Part shown: piece after piece, positions 20,591 to 28,796 of the stretch
Numbering within the stretch: the stretch's first letter is position 1
Layout of the letters: each line of letters begins with the position of its first letter
Made by a program: the position numbers and the translations under genes
The notes under the pieces: generated by a model
The model's database searches: none
What the model was told of the DNA's origin: nothing
What the model saw: the letters and a program-made list of their open reading frames with translations, nothing else
Assembly: GCA_049322915.1 (NCBI GenBank)
Contig: JBMOPW010000032.1
Location: 1-64,000, forward strand
Source: Candidatus Zhuqueibacterota bacterium
Lineage (GTDB): Bacteria > Zhuqueibacterota > Zhuqueibacteria > Thermofontimicrobiales > Thermofontimicrobiaceae
Reading direction: 5' to 3'
DNA length: 64,000 nucleotides

Positions 20591-20644
20591 TCGGGTCGAA
20601 GAAATATTGTATGTGATAAATAGTCAGGGAATGAGTGTAAAGTT

Positions 20645-21784
20645 ATGGCGCGTGATTTTTATGAGGTACTGGGAATACCACGAAGTGCAGATGCAAATGA
20701 TATAAAGAAAGCGTATCGTAAGTTGGCTATGCAATATCACCCGGATAAAAATCCCGGCGATAAACAATCCGAAGAGAAATTTAAAGAAGTCTCAGAGGCG
20801 TACGAGATCCTCAGGGATCAAGAAAAAAGGCGTCGATACGACCAGTATGGCCAATCAGGTTTGAAAGGCGGCTTTGAAGGGTTCAGTGGTTTTGAGTTTG
20901 ATCTTGCCGATGCATTGAAGACTTTTATGTCTGAGGGGTTTGGATTCGGTGATTTTTTTGGTACGTCATCCCAGGGCCGATCCAGAAAAACCAGAATAAA
21001 GGGCGCTGATCTACAGATAAATTTGAAGCTGACGTATGAAGAAATTGCAAGTGGTGTTACCAAGAAATTAAAGTTGAAGCGTTACGCAGTTTGCAAGACG
21101 TGTGGCGGATCGGGCGCGAAAAAAAGTAGTTCGCCGATTGAATGCCCCTTATGTCACGGCACCGGTGAAATTCGTCAGGCATCAAAAACTATCTTTGGTC
21201 AATTCATCAATGTGACGACCTGCTCCCAGTGCGGCGGCGAGGGAAGAATTATCAAAGATCCCTGTCCGGAATGTTCGGGCGATGGCCGTGTCAAAATGGA
21301 TGCAGAGTTATCTGTAAATATCCCGGCTGGAGTATCGAGCGGAAATTACATTACGTTGCGCGGTGAAGGACACTGTGGTCCACGGGGAGGCCCGGCTGGA
21401 AATGCCATCATCCTTCTGGAAGAATTGGAGCATGAATTCTTCGAACGTCATGGCGACGATATTTTGTACGACCTGTATGTGAGCTTTAGTCAGGTTGCCC
21501 TTGGCGATCAGGTTGAGGTTCCGACGCTTAATGGTCAGGCCAAGCTCCATATCGCTCCGGGCACCCAATCCGGAAAAATTCTTCGGATGAAAGGGAAGGG
21601 CATTCAACATTTGAATCAGCATGGGAAAGGGGATCAACTGGTGCGAGTTTTGGTTTGGACGCCAACAAAAATATCTGAACATGAAAGGAATTTATTCTCT
21701 CAGCTCGCTCAATGCGAATCAATAAATCCTCCGAAAGAAGATAAAGGTTTTTTTAAGAAGGTTAAAGAAGCCCTTTTTGAATGA
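20645..21784 (+). CDS. dnaJ: Chaperone DnaJ
   Basis: HPD J-domain, G/F region, four CxxCxGxG repeats. Confidence 0.98.
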   Translation: MARDFYEVLGIPRSADANDIKKAYRKLAMQYHPDKNPGDKQSEEKFKEVSEAYEILRDQEKRRRYDQYGQSGLKGGFEGFSGFEFDLADALKTFMSEGFGFGDFFGTSSQGRSRKTRIKGADLQINLKLTYEEIASGVTKKLKLKRYAVCKTCGGSGAKKSSSPIECPLCHGTGEIRQASKTIFGQFINVTTCSQCGGEGRIIKDPCPECSGDGRVKMDAELSVNIPAGVSSGNYITLRGEGHCGPRGGPAGNAIILLEELEHEFFERHGDDILYDLYVSFSQVALGDQVEVPTLNGQAKLHIAPGTQSGKILRMKGKGIQHLNQHGKGDQLVRVLVWTPTKISEHERNLFSQLAQCESINPPKEDKGFFKKVKEALFE

Positions 21785-22269
21785 AAGATCTTTTTACAAA
21801 ACAAGAGAAAATTTTCATTCTCTTTTTATTAGGTGGAATCCTCTTCGGATCAGGGGTGAAGCTGTATAAAACCTATTTCCCGACGATGCCAAAATATGCG
21901 TATAATGTAGAGAAATTTTCAACGACTAAAAAGCAGATAGAAGAAAAAGCGCAATACATCGATTCGCTTCTGGCTGTCAAAATGGAAAATCCACCCGCCC
22001 TGAAGACTGTCGTTTCGGCAAAGCCTGAGAGTAGAAAACAAGAAAAAGGAGCGGCAACAATCCAGGCGGTTGAAATAAACACTGCTGGAGTGGATGGCTT
22101 TAAACAACTTCCACATATTGGTCCGGTATTAGCCCAGAGAATTGTTGATCATAGAAATCAGCATGGGCCATTTCGAAGCATCGAGGATATTTGCAAAGTA
22201 AAAGGAATTGGCAAAAAGACGTTTGATTTAATAAAGCCGCATATTTTTATTACTCCCCAACAACATTAA
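21781..22269 (+). CDS. comEA: ComEA family helix-hairpin-helix DNA-binding protein
   Basis: N-terminal TM; INTA...[16 protein letters not shown]...GPF...VKGIGKK; ATGA overlap with dnaJ stop. Confidence 0.88.
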   Translation: MKDLFTKQEKIFILFLLGGILFGSGVKLYKTYFPTMPKYAYNVEKFSTTKKQIEEKAQYIDSLLAVKMENPPALKTVVSAKPESRKQEKGAATIQAVEINTAGVDGFKQLPHIGPVLAQRIVDHRNQHGPFRSIEDICKVKGIGKKTFDLIKPHIFITPQQH

Positions 22270-22314
22270 TTCGATCATTCACTTGCCAGCACATCCGAGG
22301 ACGAAGGAGGGAGA

Positions 22315-23211
22315 ATGGCGCAGCGCAAATCAAATGGGTCGCTGACCCTGGAGATACTTATTGTCATTTTAATTGTCGCACTTGTAGCTACAATTATTTA
22401 TCCAAAAAAAGTCTGGAAAGAAACTGAAGAACACACCTTATCCTGCCAAAGTAATATGGACAATATTATGAAGGCAGAGATAGTGTTTCAGCGATATAAT
22501 AAAACATACACACAGAGTTTAGAAGTTTTAACTACCTATTTCAGGGACGATACGACGAAACGAGCCATCCGCGATTATTGCAAAGCCGACACGGCTCTGG
22601 CAGAAAAGATGCTCAAATATTTGAGCGGGAAAGACAGGGATGCGGATGCTTTTGTGCGAGGTTTTATAGCGGACACGATGATGGCGGTTATTGCTGAGGC
22701 TGTTCAATATGATTCGAATTTAGCGCGCGTTTTACTGAACCGCCTGGTGGACGCCAGGATGGCTAATATCGTTCGTTCGAAACGAAAAGCGGCTGGAGCT
22801 AATGACGTTGCTATTTTCCTGGAATTGGCAAACGAGCAGGTTGCGCGTTCCATATACGAGCCATTGGCAGAAGATGATTCTCTGAAACTTGTTTTCAACA
22901 AAATGAAGCCTGATGTTTCGAACGCTTTGTTGCTTGATTCGCTCTATTCATTGAAGTCGAACTGGGCGGAAAAAATCGATAGCGCGGTGTTCGCGACAAT
23001 GGAACGTTTCAAGCGCTGTCCGACAGTGAATCGGGAGTATAAATTATCCTTTCAGGATTCATCTGCGATCGATATTATCGATATCGAATGTCCGATTGAC
23101 TCGGATGATATCGAAGCGGTCAGGTCCGATTTTTTGAAATATCACCTGGGGCACCGCAGGATAGAAAATCATGGCAGGATCGTAAATTTGGATAAGAGTT
23201 GGGTCCGATGA
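22315..23211 (+). CDS. Type IV pilin-like protein with atypical class III signal
   Basis: RKSNG|SLTLEILIVILIVALVATII (Glu at +5); C-terminal CP..Y...CP...HG; RBS AGGAGG. Confidence 0.65.
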   Translation: MAQRKSNGSLTLEILIVILIVALVATIIYPKKVWKETEEHTLSCQSNMDNIMKAEIVFQRYNKTYTQSLEVLTTYFRDDTTKRAIRDYCKADTALAEKMLKYLSGKDRDADAFVRGFIADTMMAVIAEAVQYDSNLARVLLNRLVDARMANIVRSKRKAAGANDVAIFLELANEQVARSIYEPLAEDDSLKLVFNKMKPDVSNALLLDSLYSLKSNWAEKIDSAVFATMERFKRCPTVNREYKLSFQDSSAIDIIDIECPIDSDDIEAVRSDFLKYHLGHRRIENHGRIVNLDKSWVR

Positions 23212-23343
23212 GTCGTCCCGTTGAAGAGATGCGCCAATTGCTCCAGTTAGGTGATCTGTTTTAATTAAGAATTTAACGTCACACAAGATACATATATTAA
23301 GATGATAGAACACGATAGATCGATGTCAGGTGGGAAAAAAAGG

Positions 23344-24321
23344 ATGAATGAACATCATAATGGAAGTATGACAGGGATTCATTTGAGGAAAAATAGCCTC
23401 AAGCTCATTGAGGTTGAAAATGCAGCCAATCAGCAATATCGCATTAACAAGATTGTTCAGACCAAATTAAATTTTCCCCTCACTGTGGCAACGCTCGGCG
23501 ATGAAAATATCATTGCTAAAATTGGGAATGAATTATCTCAAATATTTATTGACCATAATTTGAGTTCCCAAAAAGTGATTTTTTGTTTAGAAAGCCCCAT
23601 GACCCTGATAAAGAAACTGCCGTACGATGAAACTCTAACAGAAGAGGAGCTCATCAATCAGGTGGATTGGGAGGTGAAGGAGTTTTCTTATTCACCGGAA
23701 GATGAGTACATCGTCGATTTTCATAAATTGATTCGCTCGCATAGGCGCGGGGCGCCGGAGATGGTGGTTGTTTCTGTGCGGGAGAAGCTCATTTCCAGGC
23801 TCAAGCGGCTATTTGCAAATGGACGGATTCAGGTGAAGGTGATCGATCTGGATGTCTTTGCCGCAATGCGTGCCATTGAAGTGAATTACGATTTACGGGA
23901 AGGCGAGATGAACGCCTTGATCGAGGTGAATCCCACCGGGTTGTTGTTTACAATCATTGAGGACAAAGAATTCTATTATTCTCAGGAAGTATCTTTGACA
24001 AAGCTGGGTTTAGAGATTGATTCATTGGAATCATCGGATGAAGAGGAGGTCGCCAAGTTTATCTCCAAAGAATTACGGCGAATTATTTTGGATAATAAAC
24101 TAGGTGAGAATATCGAAAATTTGAATCGCATCTTTTTGTACGGCGACATGGTCAAAGATAATATTCTTGAGAATCTGCAAAATAGTTATAATGTAAGAAT
24201 TGACCGCGCCAATCCGTTCAGAAGATTGTTATTTGCTCCAAATGTCAGCGTTGACGAGAATATCTGGTCACGTCCCGAAACATTTACCGTCTGTGTCGGT
24301 TCCGCATTACGAGGCAAATAG
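23344..24321 (+). CDS. PilM-like actin-fold pilus assembly protein
   Basis: GIHLRKNSLKLIE, DEYIVDF, VKVIDLDVFA, IFLYG, ANPF, VCVGSALRG (PilM pattern). Confidence 0.7.
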   Translation: MNEHHNGSMTGIHLRKNSLKLIEVENAANQQYRINKIVQTKLNFPLTVATLGDENIIAKIGNELSQIFIDHNLSSQKVIFCLESPMTLIKKLPYDETLTEEELINQVDWEVKEFSYSPEDEYIVDFHKLIRSHRRGAPEMVVVSVREKLISRLKRLFANGRIQVKVIDLDVFAAMRAIEVNYDLREGEMNALIEVNPTGLLFTIIEDKEFYYSQEVSLTKLGLEIDSLESSDEEEVAKFISKELRRIILDNKLGENIENLNRIFLYGDMVKDNILENLQNSYNVRIDRANPFRRLLFAPNVSVDENIWSRPETFTVCVGSALRGK

Positions 24322-24428
24322 AGATTAATCACACAAAATCTGATGCAGTTTGATCTGTTCTGAGCGACATAAGAAGGCTGTCGCCTGGAATAATACTAAT
24401 AATATGAAAGACCAGTAAAGAATTTTTT

Positions 24429-24566
24429 GGGCTAAAGCCGTAACCGTTTGGGATTCTGTAGCAAGCTCTCCGCCTTAAATGGCGGAGCTATTCATTAACT
24501 TTGACTAGCTCCGTTCTTTCAAAGGGAGTTCTTGATAATTCACCCAGAGATTTTAAACTTTGCCCA
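24429..24566. repeat. REP/REPIN-like nested palindromic element
   Basis: GGGCTAAAGCC (24429-24439); hairpin CTCCGCC-TTAAAT-GGCGGAG (24468-24487); degenerate inverted copy TAGCTCCGTTCTTTCAAAGGGAG (~24506-24528); degenerate AACTTTGCCCA at the right end. Confidence 0.55.
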
Positions 24567-24638
24567 GATGATATTTCAAAGTTATTCAACTGGTCCTTCA
24601 TATTAATAAATATTTCATTAATTCTAACAGGAGGGGTC

Positions 24639-25619
24639 ATGGTAGATATTAATCTCATTGGAGATGACCAGACTCAGTTTGATCCGGAAGAGAACGAAAA
24701 AAGTTATCGCAGCGGCTTTGAGTCAGATGCCAACGAGCCGGAAAGAAGCAGTTATATGAGTGACAGCAGCATGGAGGGATCAGATTATCCCAATTATGCG
24801 AATCGGGGCGGATCAAAGAAAATGACCTACTTTTTGGTTGGCGGCGGTTTCATTTTATTGGCAATCGTAGCGTACTTCCTCTTCTTTGGAAATAAAGACA
24901 AAGATGGATCGGAATATCTTGAGATGCAAACGACGGCTGAAGAGACGTTAGCCGATTCGACTGCTGCGATGCAAACTCCGCCTGCAATATCAACACTCCC
25001 GCCAGCACTACAGGAGAAATTACTGAAGTCGCAAAAGAGTATTCGGACTGTCAGTAATATCATTATGAATGTTCCTGAAACTGTGAATTTCACGATGATC
25101 TCCTATAATGATGGCAAGTTTCTGGGCGAGTTTTTAGCCAGTTCCGAAAGCGCGATTGACAATCTGAATAGCGACTTAAAGCAGAAACTTTACTCCGTAG
25201 ATATGAAAATACTCTCGCGAAACAACCGAAATATTCAGGGACGGTCTTTTCGCCAGGCATTGATGAACGGAAATGTGGATTTGAGCGAGAGCGCCTCTGG
25301 AGCGGATGCATTACGGGAACCGCGCTATTTGAGTGTTGCTGAAATGAAAAACCAGTTGACATCACTTTGCACTCAATCTGGAATTAAAATGCGCCAATTT
25401 GATGCCGGTAAAAATAAAATCGTGGGGTCGTTTCAAGTGGTGCCCATCAAATTCAGAGCTGTCGGCAGCAAAAGTGGTATTCTGACTTTTCTGCAGCAGG
25501 TCAGAGATGAGAACGTGAATCTCGATTTCTCGAAAATATCGCTCATAGCAAATGATGTTGATTTGAATGATTCCAGCCTCACTCTTGTTCTTAACATTGA
25601 GTTGTACCATGCGATTTAA
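24639..25619 (+). CDS. Bitopic PilN/PilO-like pilus assembly protein
   Basis: RBS AGGAGG; MVDINLIG (PilN INL motif), acidic cytoplasmic part, single TM, periplasmic region ending PIKFRAVG...ILTFL...LVLNIELY; follows pilM-like gene. Confidence 0.6.
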   Translation: MVDINLIGDDQTQFDPEENEKSYRSGFESDANEPERSSYMSDSSMEGSDYPNYANRGGSKKMTYFLVGGGFILLAIVAYFLFFGNKDKDGSEYLEMQTTAEETLADSTAAMQTPPAISTLPPALQEKLLKSQKSIRTVSNIIMNVPETVNFTMISYNDGKFLGEFLASSESAIDNLNSDLKQKLYSVDMKILSRNNRNIQGRSFRQALMNGNVDLSESASGADALREPRYLSVAEMKNQLTSLCTQSGIKMRQFDAGKNKIVGSFQVVPIKFRAVGSKSGILTFLQQVRDENVNLDFSKISLIANDVDLNDSSLTLVLNIELYHAI

Positions 25620-25637
25620 TGGATATATGGTCGTCTC

Positions 25638-26195
25638 ATGCGGGTGATATCTGGATTTTATAAGGGTCGGGTACTTTTTAGTCCCAGGGGAAATTCGATC
25701 CGGCCTACATCCGATAGAATAAAAGAATCCATCTTTAATTATATTGGGACAGGCATTCAGGACGCGAAAATTTGTGACCTGTTCAGCGGCAGCGGCAATT
25801 TATCCATAGAAGCACTAAGTCGCGGCGCGAAAAATGCTGTCATGGTCGATCATTCGCAGCAGGCCATTGATCTGATGAAACGAAATATCAGCCACATCGG
25901 TGTGGTTGAAAAGTGCCGAATTGTGAAGATGGATACTCTTCAATATCTCAAACTGGCAGCAAAAAATGGAGAGGAGTTCAATTTTATCTTTGCGGATCCA
26001 CCCTATCTTAGCAGGCTGAATGAACCCATGATGCAACGCATTGTTGAAGGCAATCTGCTGACTGAAGGTGGATTATTCGTTTTGGAACAAAGCTCCCGCA
26101 ATGCCATTCCAATGGCGATTTTAGGCTTAATGAATATTGCTGAGAAAAATTTCGGAGACACGACAGTCATGTACTTTAGACAGGAGGGGACCTGA
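25638..26195 (+). CDS. rsmD: 16S rRNA m2G966 methyltransferase RsmD
   Basis: MRVISG, RPTSDRIKESIFN, DLFSGSG, EALSRGA, DPPY; adjacent to coaD. Confidence 0.94.
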   Translation: MRVISGFYKGRVLFSPRGNSIRPTSDRIKESIFNYIGTGIQDAKICDLFSGSGNLSIEALSRGAKNAVMVDHSQQAIDLMKRNISHIGVVEKCRIVKMDTLQYLKLAAKNGEEFNFIFADPPYLSRLNEPMMQRIVEGNLLTEGGLFVLEQSSRNAIPMAILGLMNIAEKNFGDTTVMYFRQEGT

Positions 26196-26196
26196 A

Positions 26197-26706
26197 ATGC
26201 GAACTGGGATATACCCCGGGACATTCGATCCGGTTACAAACGGACATTTAGATATTATCCATAGAGCTGTGCTACTTTTCGATGAAGTGATTGTGGCCGT
26301 GACGACCAATCCAGCCAAGTCGCCGCTGTTCACAATTCATGAGCGCATCGGCATGATTCAAGAATCGATTCCAAACCTGAAGGGTGTTCGTATCGAGAGT
26401 TTCGATGATTTGTTGGTCAACTACGCGTTGAAAAAAAAGGCGACTGCCATCATTCGCGGGCTGAGGGCCACATCCGATTTTGAAATTGAATTTCAAATGG
26501 CACTGGTGAATAGAAAACTGTCCGACGAACTGGTCACTGTATTTCTCATGCCTCATGAGAAATTCACGTATTTGAATTCGACAATCGTCAAAGAACTGGC
26601 CAGTTTCGATGGGGATGTCAGTTGTTTCGTGAGCCCGGAAGTGAACAGTCGGCTAAAACAAAAATTTCAAAATAGACGGCAGAGCTCTACGCATTCGTTA
26701 AAGTGA
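26197..26706 (+). CDS. coaD: Pantetheine-phosphate adenylyltransferase
   Basis: IYPGTFDPVTNGHLDII, IIRGLRA, STIVKE; RBS GGAGG before ATG 26197. Confidence 0.97.
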   Translation: MRTGIYPGTFDPVTNGHLDIIHRAVLLFDEVIVAVTTNPAKSPLFTIHERIGMIQESIPNLKGVRIESFDDLLVNYALKKKATAIIRGLRATSDFEIEFQMALVNRKLSDELVTVFLMPHEKFTYLNSTIVKELASFDGDVSCFVSPEVNSRLKQKFQNRRQSSTHSLK

Positions 26707-26762
26707 GAGTTTTAATTTTCCGATAATTTAAATGAATAACGTGCTAATTGTCTCGAGGATTT

Positions 26763-27896
26763 ATGATGGAAAACATTGGATTGAACAGCGAAGTTTTTGC
26801 AGGTGGAAAAAAATTCCATATTCAAACTCAGTACCTGGAACCAAATGAAAAAGTAGTGTCAACAATTTTTGATGATGGAAAGGTGACATTAACAAAATCG
26901 ATTGAATTAGCCACGAACGCTGGCACTGCCGAAATTAAACTTCAGGTCAACAAATTGCATCAGGATATGATTTCGGATATCGAGTTGTTGTTCTATATTT
27001 CTGATAAAGTCAAAATGATTGAGCACGCGATTTCGAACAACAAACTGGGATTAGTCTTTCTGAGCAAGAATTTAATCGATGAGGCGATGGGGGAATTCAA
27101 ACGGGCCATTGAAATAGATCCAGAATTTGTGGAAGCGTACAACAATCTTGGCCGTGCATACTTGAAACAAAAACAGTATCAGGACGCGATTGACATTTTA
27201 AATGCTGGTATTAAAACCAACCCGGATTACGCAGATGTGCATAATAATCTGGGCTATGTCTATTTCAGGCTGAATTATTACTCTGACGCTATCGCTGAAC
27301 TGCAGCGAGCGATCGAATTGAATTCTGACTATGTGGTTGCCATGTTCAACCTTTGCCTGGTCTATTTAAAAACCATTGTGGATGAGATCGGGGAGGATGA
27401 AAATTTACCGTCGATGGCAAAACGGATGGAAAAAATCAAATCACTTTTGATCGAAATAAAGGACAAGCGCCATTTCTTCAAACCGGAAAATATTGAAACA
27501 GTTCTCACCTATCTTGAAAATGAAAACATCGAGGAAGCGGTGAATGCTCTGGAGTTGGCGGAGTCCGAGCGCGCCGAGATCGTAGATTATGATTTTGAAA
27601 ATGAATTTTATTTGAAATTTATGTTTGGCGGTAAAGGCAAAGACGATGATTTTATTTTGGAGTACACGAACCAGTTGAAAGAAATAGTCAGAAAATATCC
27701 TCACTTTGCCGATTTGAGAAATAGCCTGGGCGTCGTCTATCTCATTCAGTGTCGAAATTTATTTTTAAATGCATTGGAAGAATTCCGTCAAGCGCTGAAA
27801 ATTAATCCAACATTTAAAAAGGCGGAAAAGAATCTCAAGCTGGCTGAGAATGATGGCAAAGGCTTTTTGATCTTACTTCGCGCCATTTTAAAATAG
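26763..27896 (+). CDS. TPR-repeat protein with N-terminal domain of unknown function
   Basis: Multiple TPRs (EAYNNLGRAY, ADVHNNLGYVY, ADLRNSLGVVY); N-terminal GLNSEV..GGKKFHIQT domain; no signal peptide. Confidence 0.8.
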   Translation: MMENIGLNSEVFAGGKKFHIQTQYLEPNEKVVSTIFDDGKVTLTKSIELATNAGTAEIKLQVNKLHQDMISDIELLFYISDKVKMIEHAISNNKLGLVFLSKNLIDEAMGEFKRAIEIDPEFVEAYNNLGRAYLKQKQYQDAIDILNAGIKTNPDYADVHNNLGYVYFRLNYYSDAIAELQRAIELNSDYVVAMFNLCLVYLKTIVDEIGEDENLPSMAKRMEKIKSLLIEIKDKRHFFKPENIETVLTYLENENIEEAVNALELAESERAEIVDYDFENEFYLKFMFGGKGKDDDFILEYTNQLKEIVRKYPHFADLRNSLGVVYLIQCRNLFLNALEEFRQALKINPTFKKAEKNLKLAENDGKGFLILLRAILK

Positions 27897-28222
27897 TGAT
27901 GCAGATATTTGATCATTCAGAAGTTGAAGACTGAATAAATCATGCGTAATTCTAAAATCGATAGAAGTTATCTGCCTGCAAACCTTCATGATATCCTCTT
28001 AACGCGATTGTGGCTATTGGAACACCGGTATAATTTTTGCAAATCAGAAATTTAAATAATAAATTTTTTCTATTTTTTTTGAAGTTAGAAAGAATAGCCA
28101 GTAACTTATTATTTATTTTTTTGATGAAAATCACCCACGCACTGAAAATAATCCATTATAATTAGTTAGTTCAATTTAAAAATAAATATTATAACTTTTT
28201 CTATTGTGATGGAGAACGAGCG

Positions 28223-28729
28223 ATGTATCCTTCTGAAACATATCAAAGGTGTGAGACAGGGAACTGGCGGTTTCTACCTGTATTGTTTTTTATTATCTCG
28301 ATTTTTATATTGATCAGCGCGGCTCAGGCGTCTCCAGCGGACACGGTGAATGTGGTGGCCAGGCATGCGGAATCCAATGCAAAATCGATTTATAAAATTG
28401 AATTCAGATTAGCAATCGCCATTTCACCGAAAGCAATTTTGAAAGTCACCTTTCCGGATGGCTTTGATTTATCTGAACTCAAAATTGCCAGTTCAAAGAC
28501 GATGAACGGCGGATTCGATGCAGAGGTAAATGGTCAGGTTTTATTGCTGAAGCGGTCAGGCCTGGGAAGAGAAATAAAGCCCGGTGAAAAGGTGGATGTC
28601 AACTTTGCAATTGTAAAAAATCCCCTGAAACCTGCCGATGATTATAGAATAATCGTTGAGATAATGGAAAAAGAAACCAGTATCTTGAAGCAAGAAAAAT
28701 TGCACAAAATTCTGCCCGAGCGAGAATGA
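28223..28729 (+). CDS. Small secreted beta-sandwich protein, paralogue of the N-terminal domain of the downstream giant protein
   Basis: Signal peptide ending AQA-S; visible alignment to residues ~28-170 of 28797..36905. Confidence 0.75.
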   Translation: MYPSETYQRCETGNWRFLPVLFFIISIFILISAAQASPADTVNVVARHAESNAKSIYKIEFRLAIAISPKAILKVTFPDGFDLSELKIASSKTMNGGFDAEVNGQVLLLKRSGLGREIKPGEKVDVNFAIVKNPLKPADDYRIIVEIMEKETSILKQEKLHKILPERE

Positions 28730-28796
28730 TTCGGTGGCTTCGAGGGCCAGCGAAAATGAGTGTGAATAGCTGAACTAAAACTTTGGAAGAGCATCA

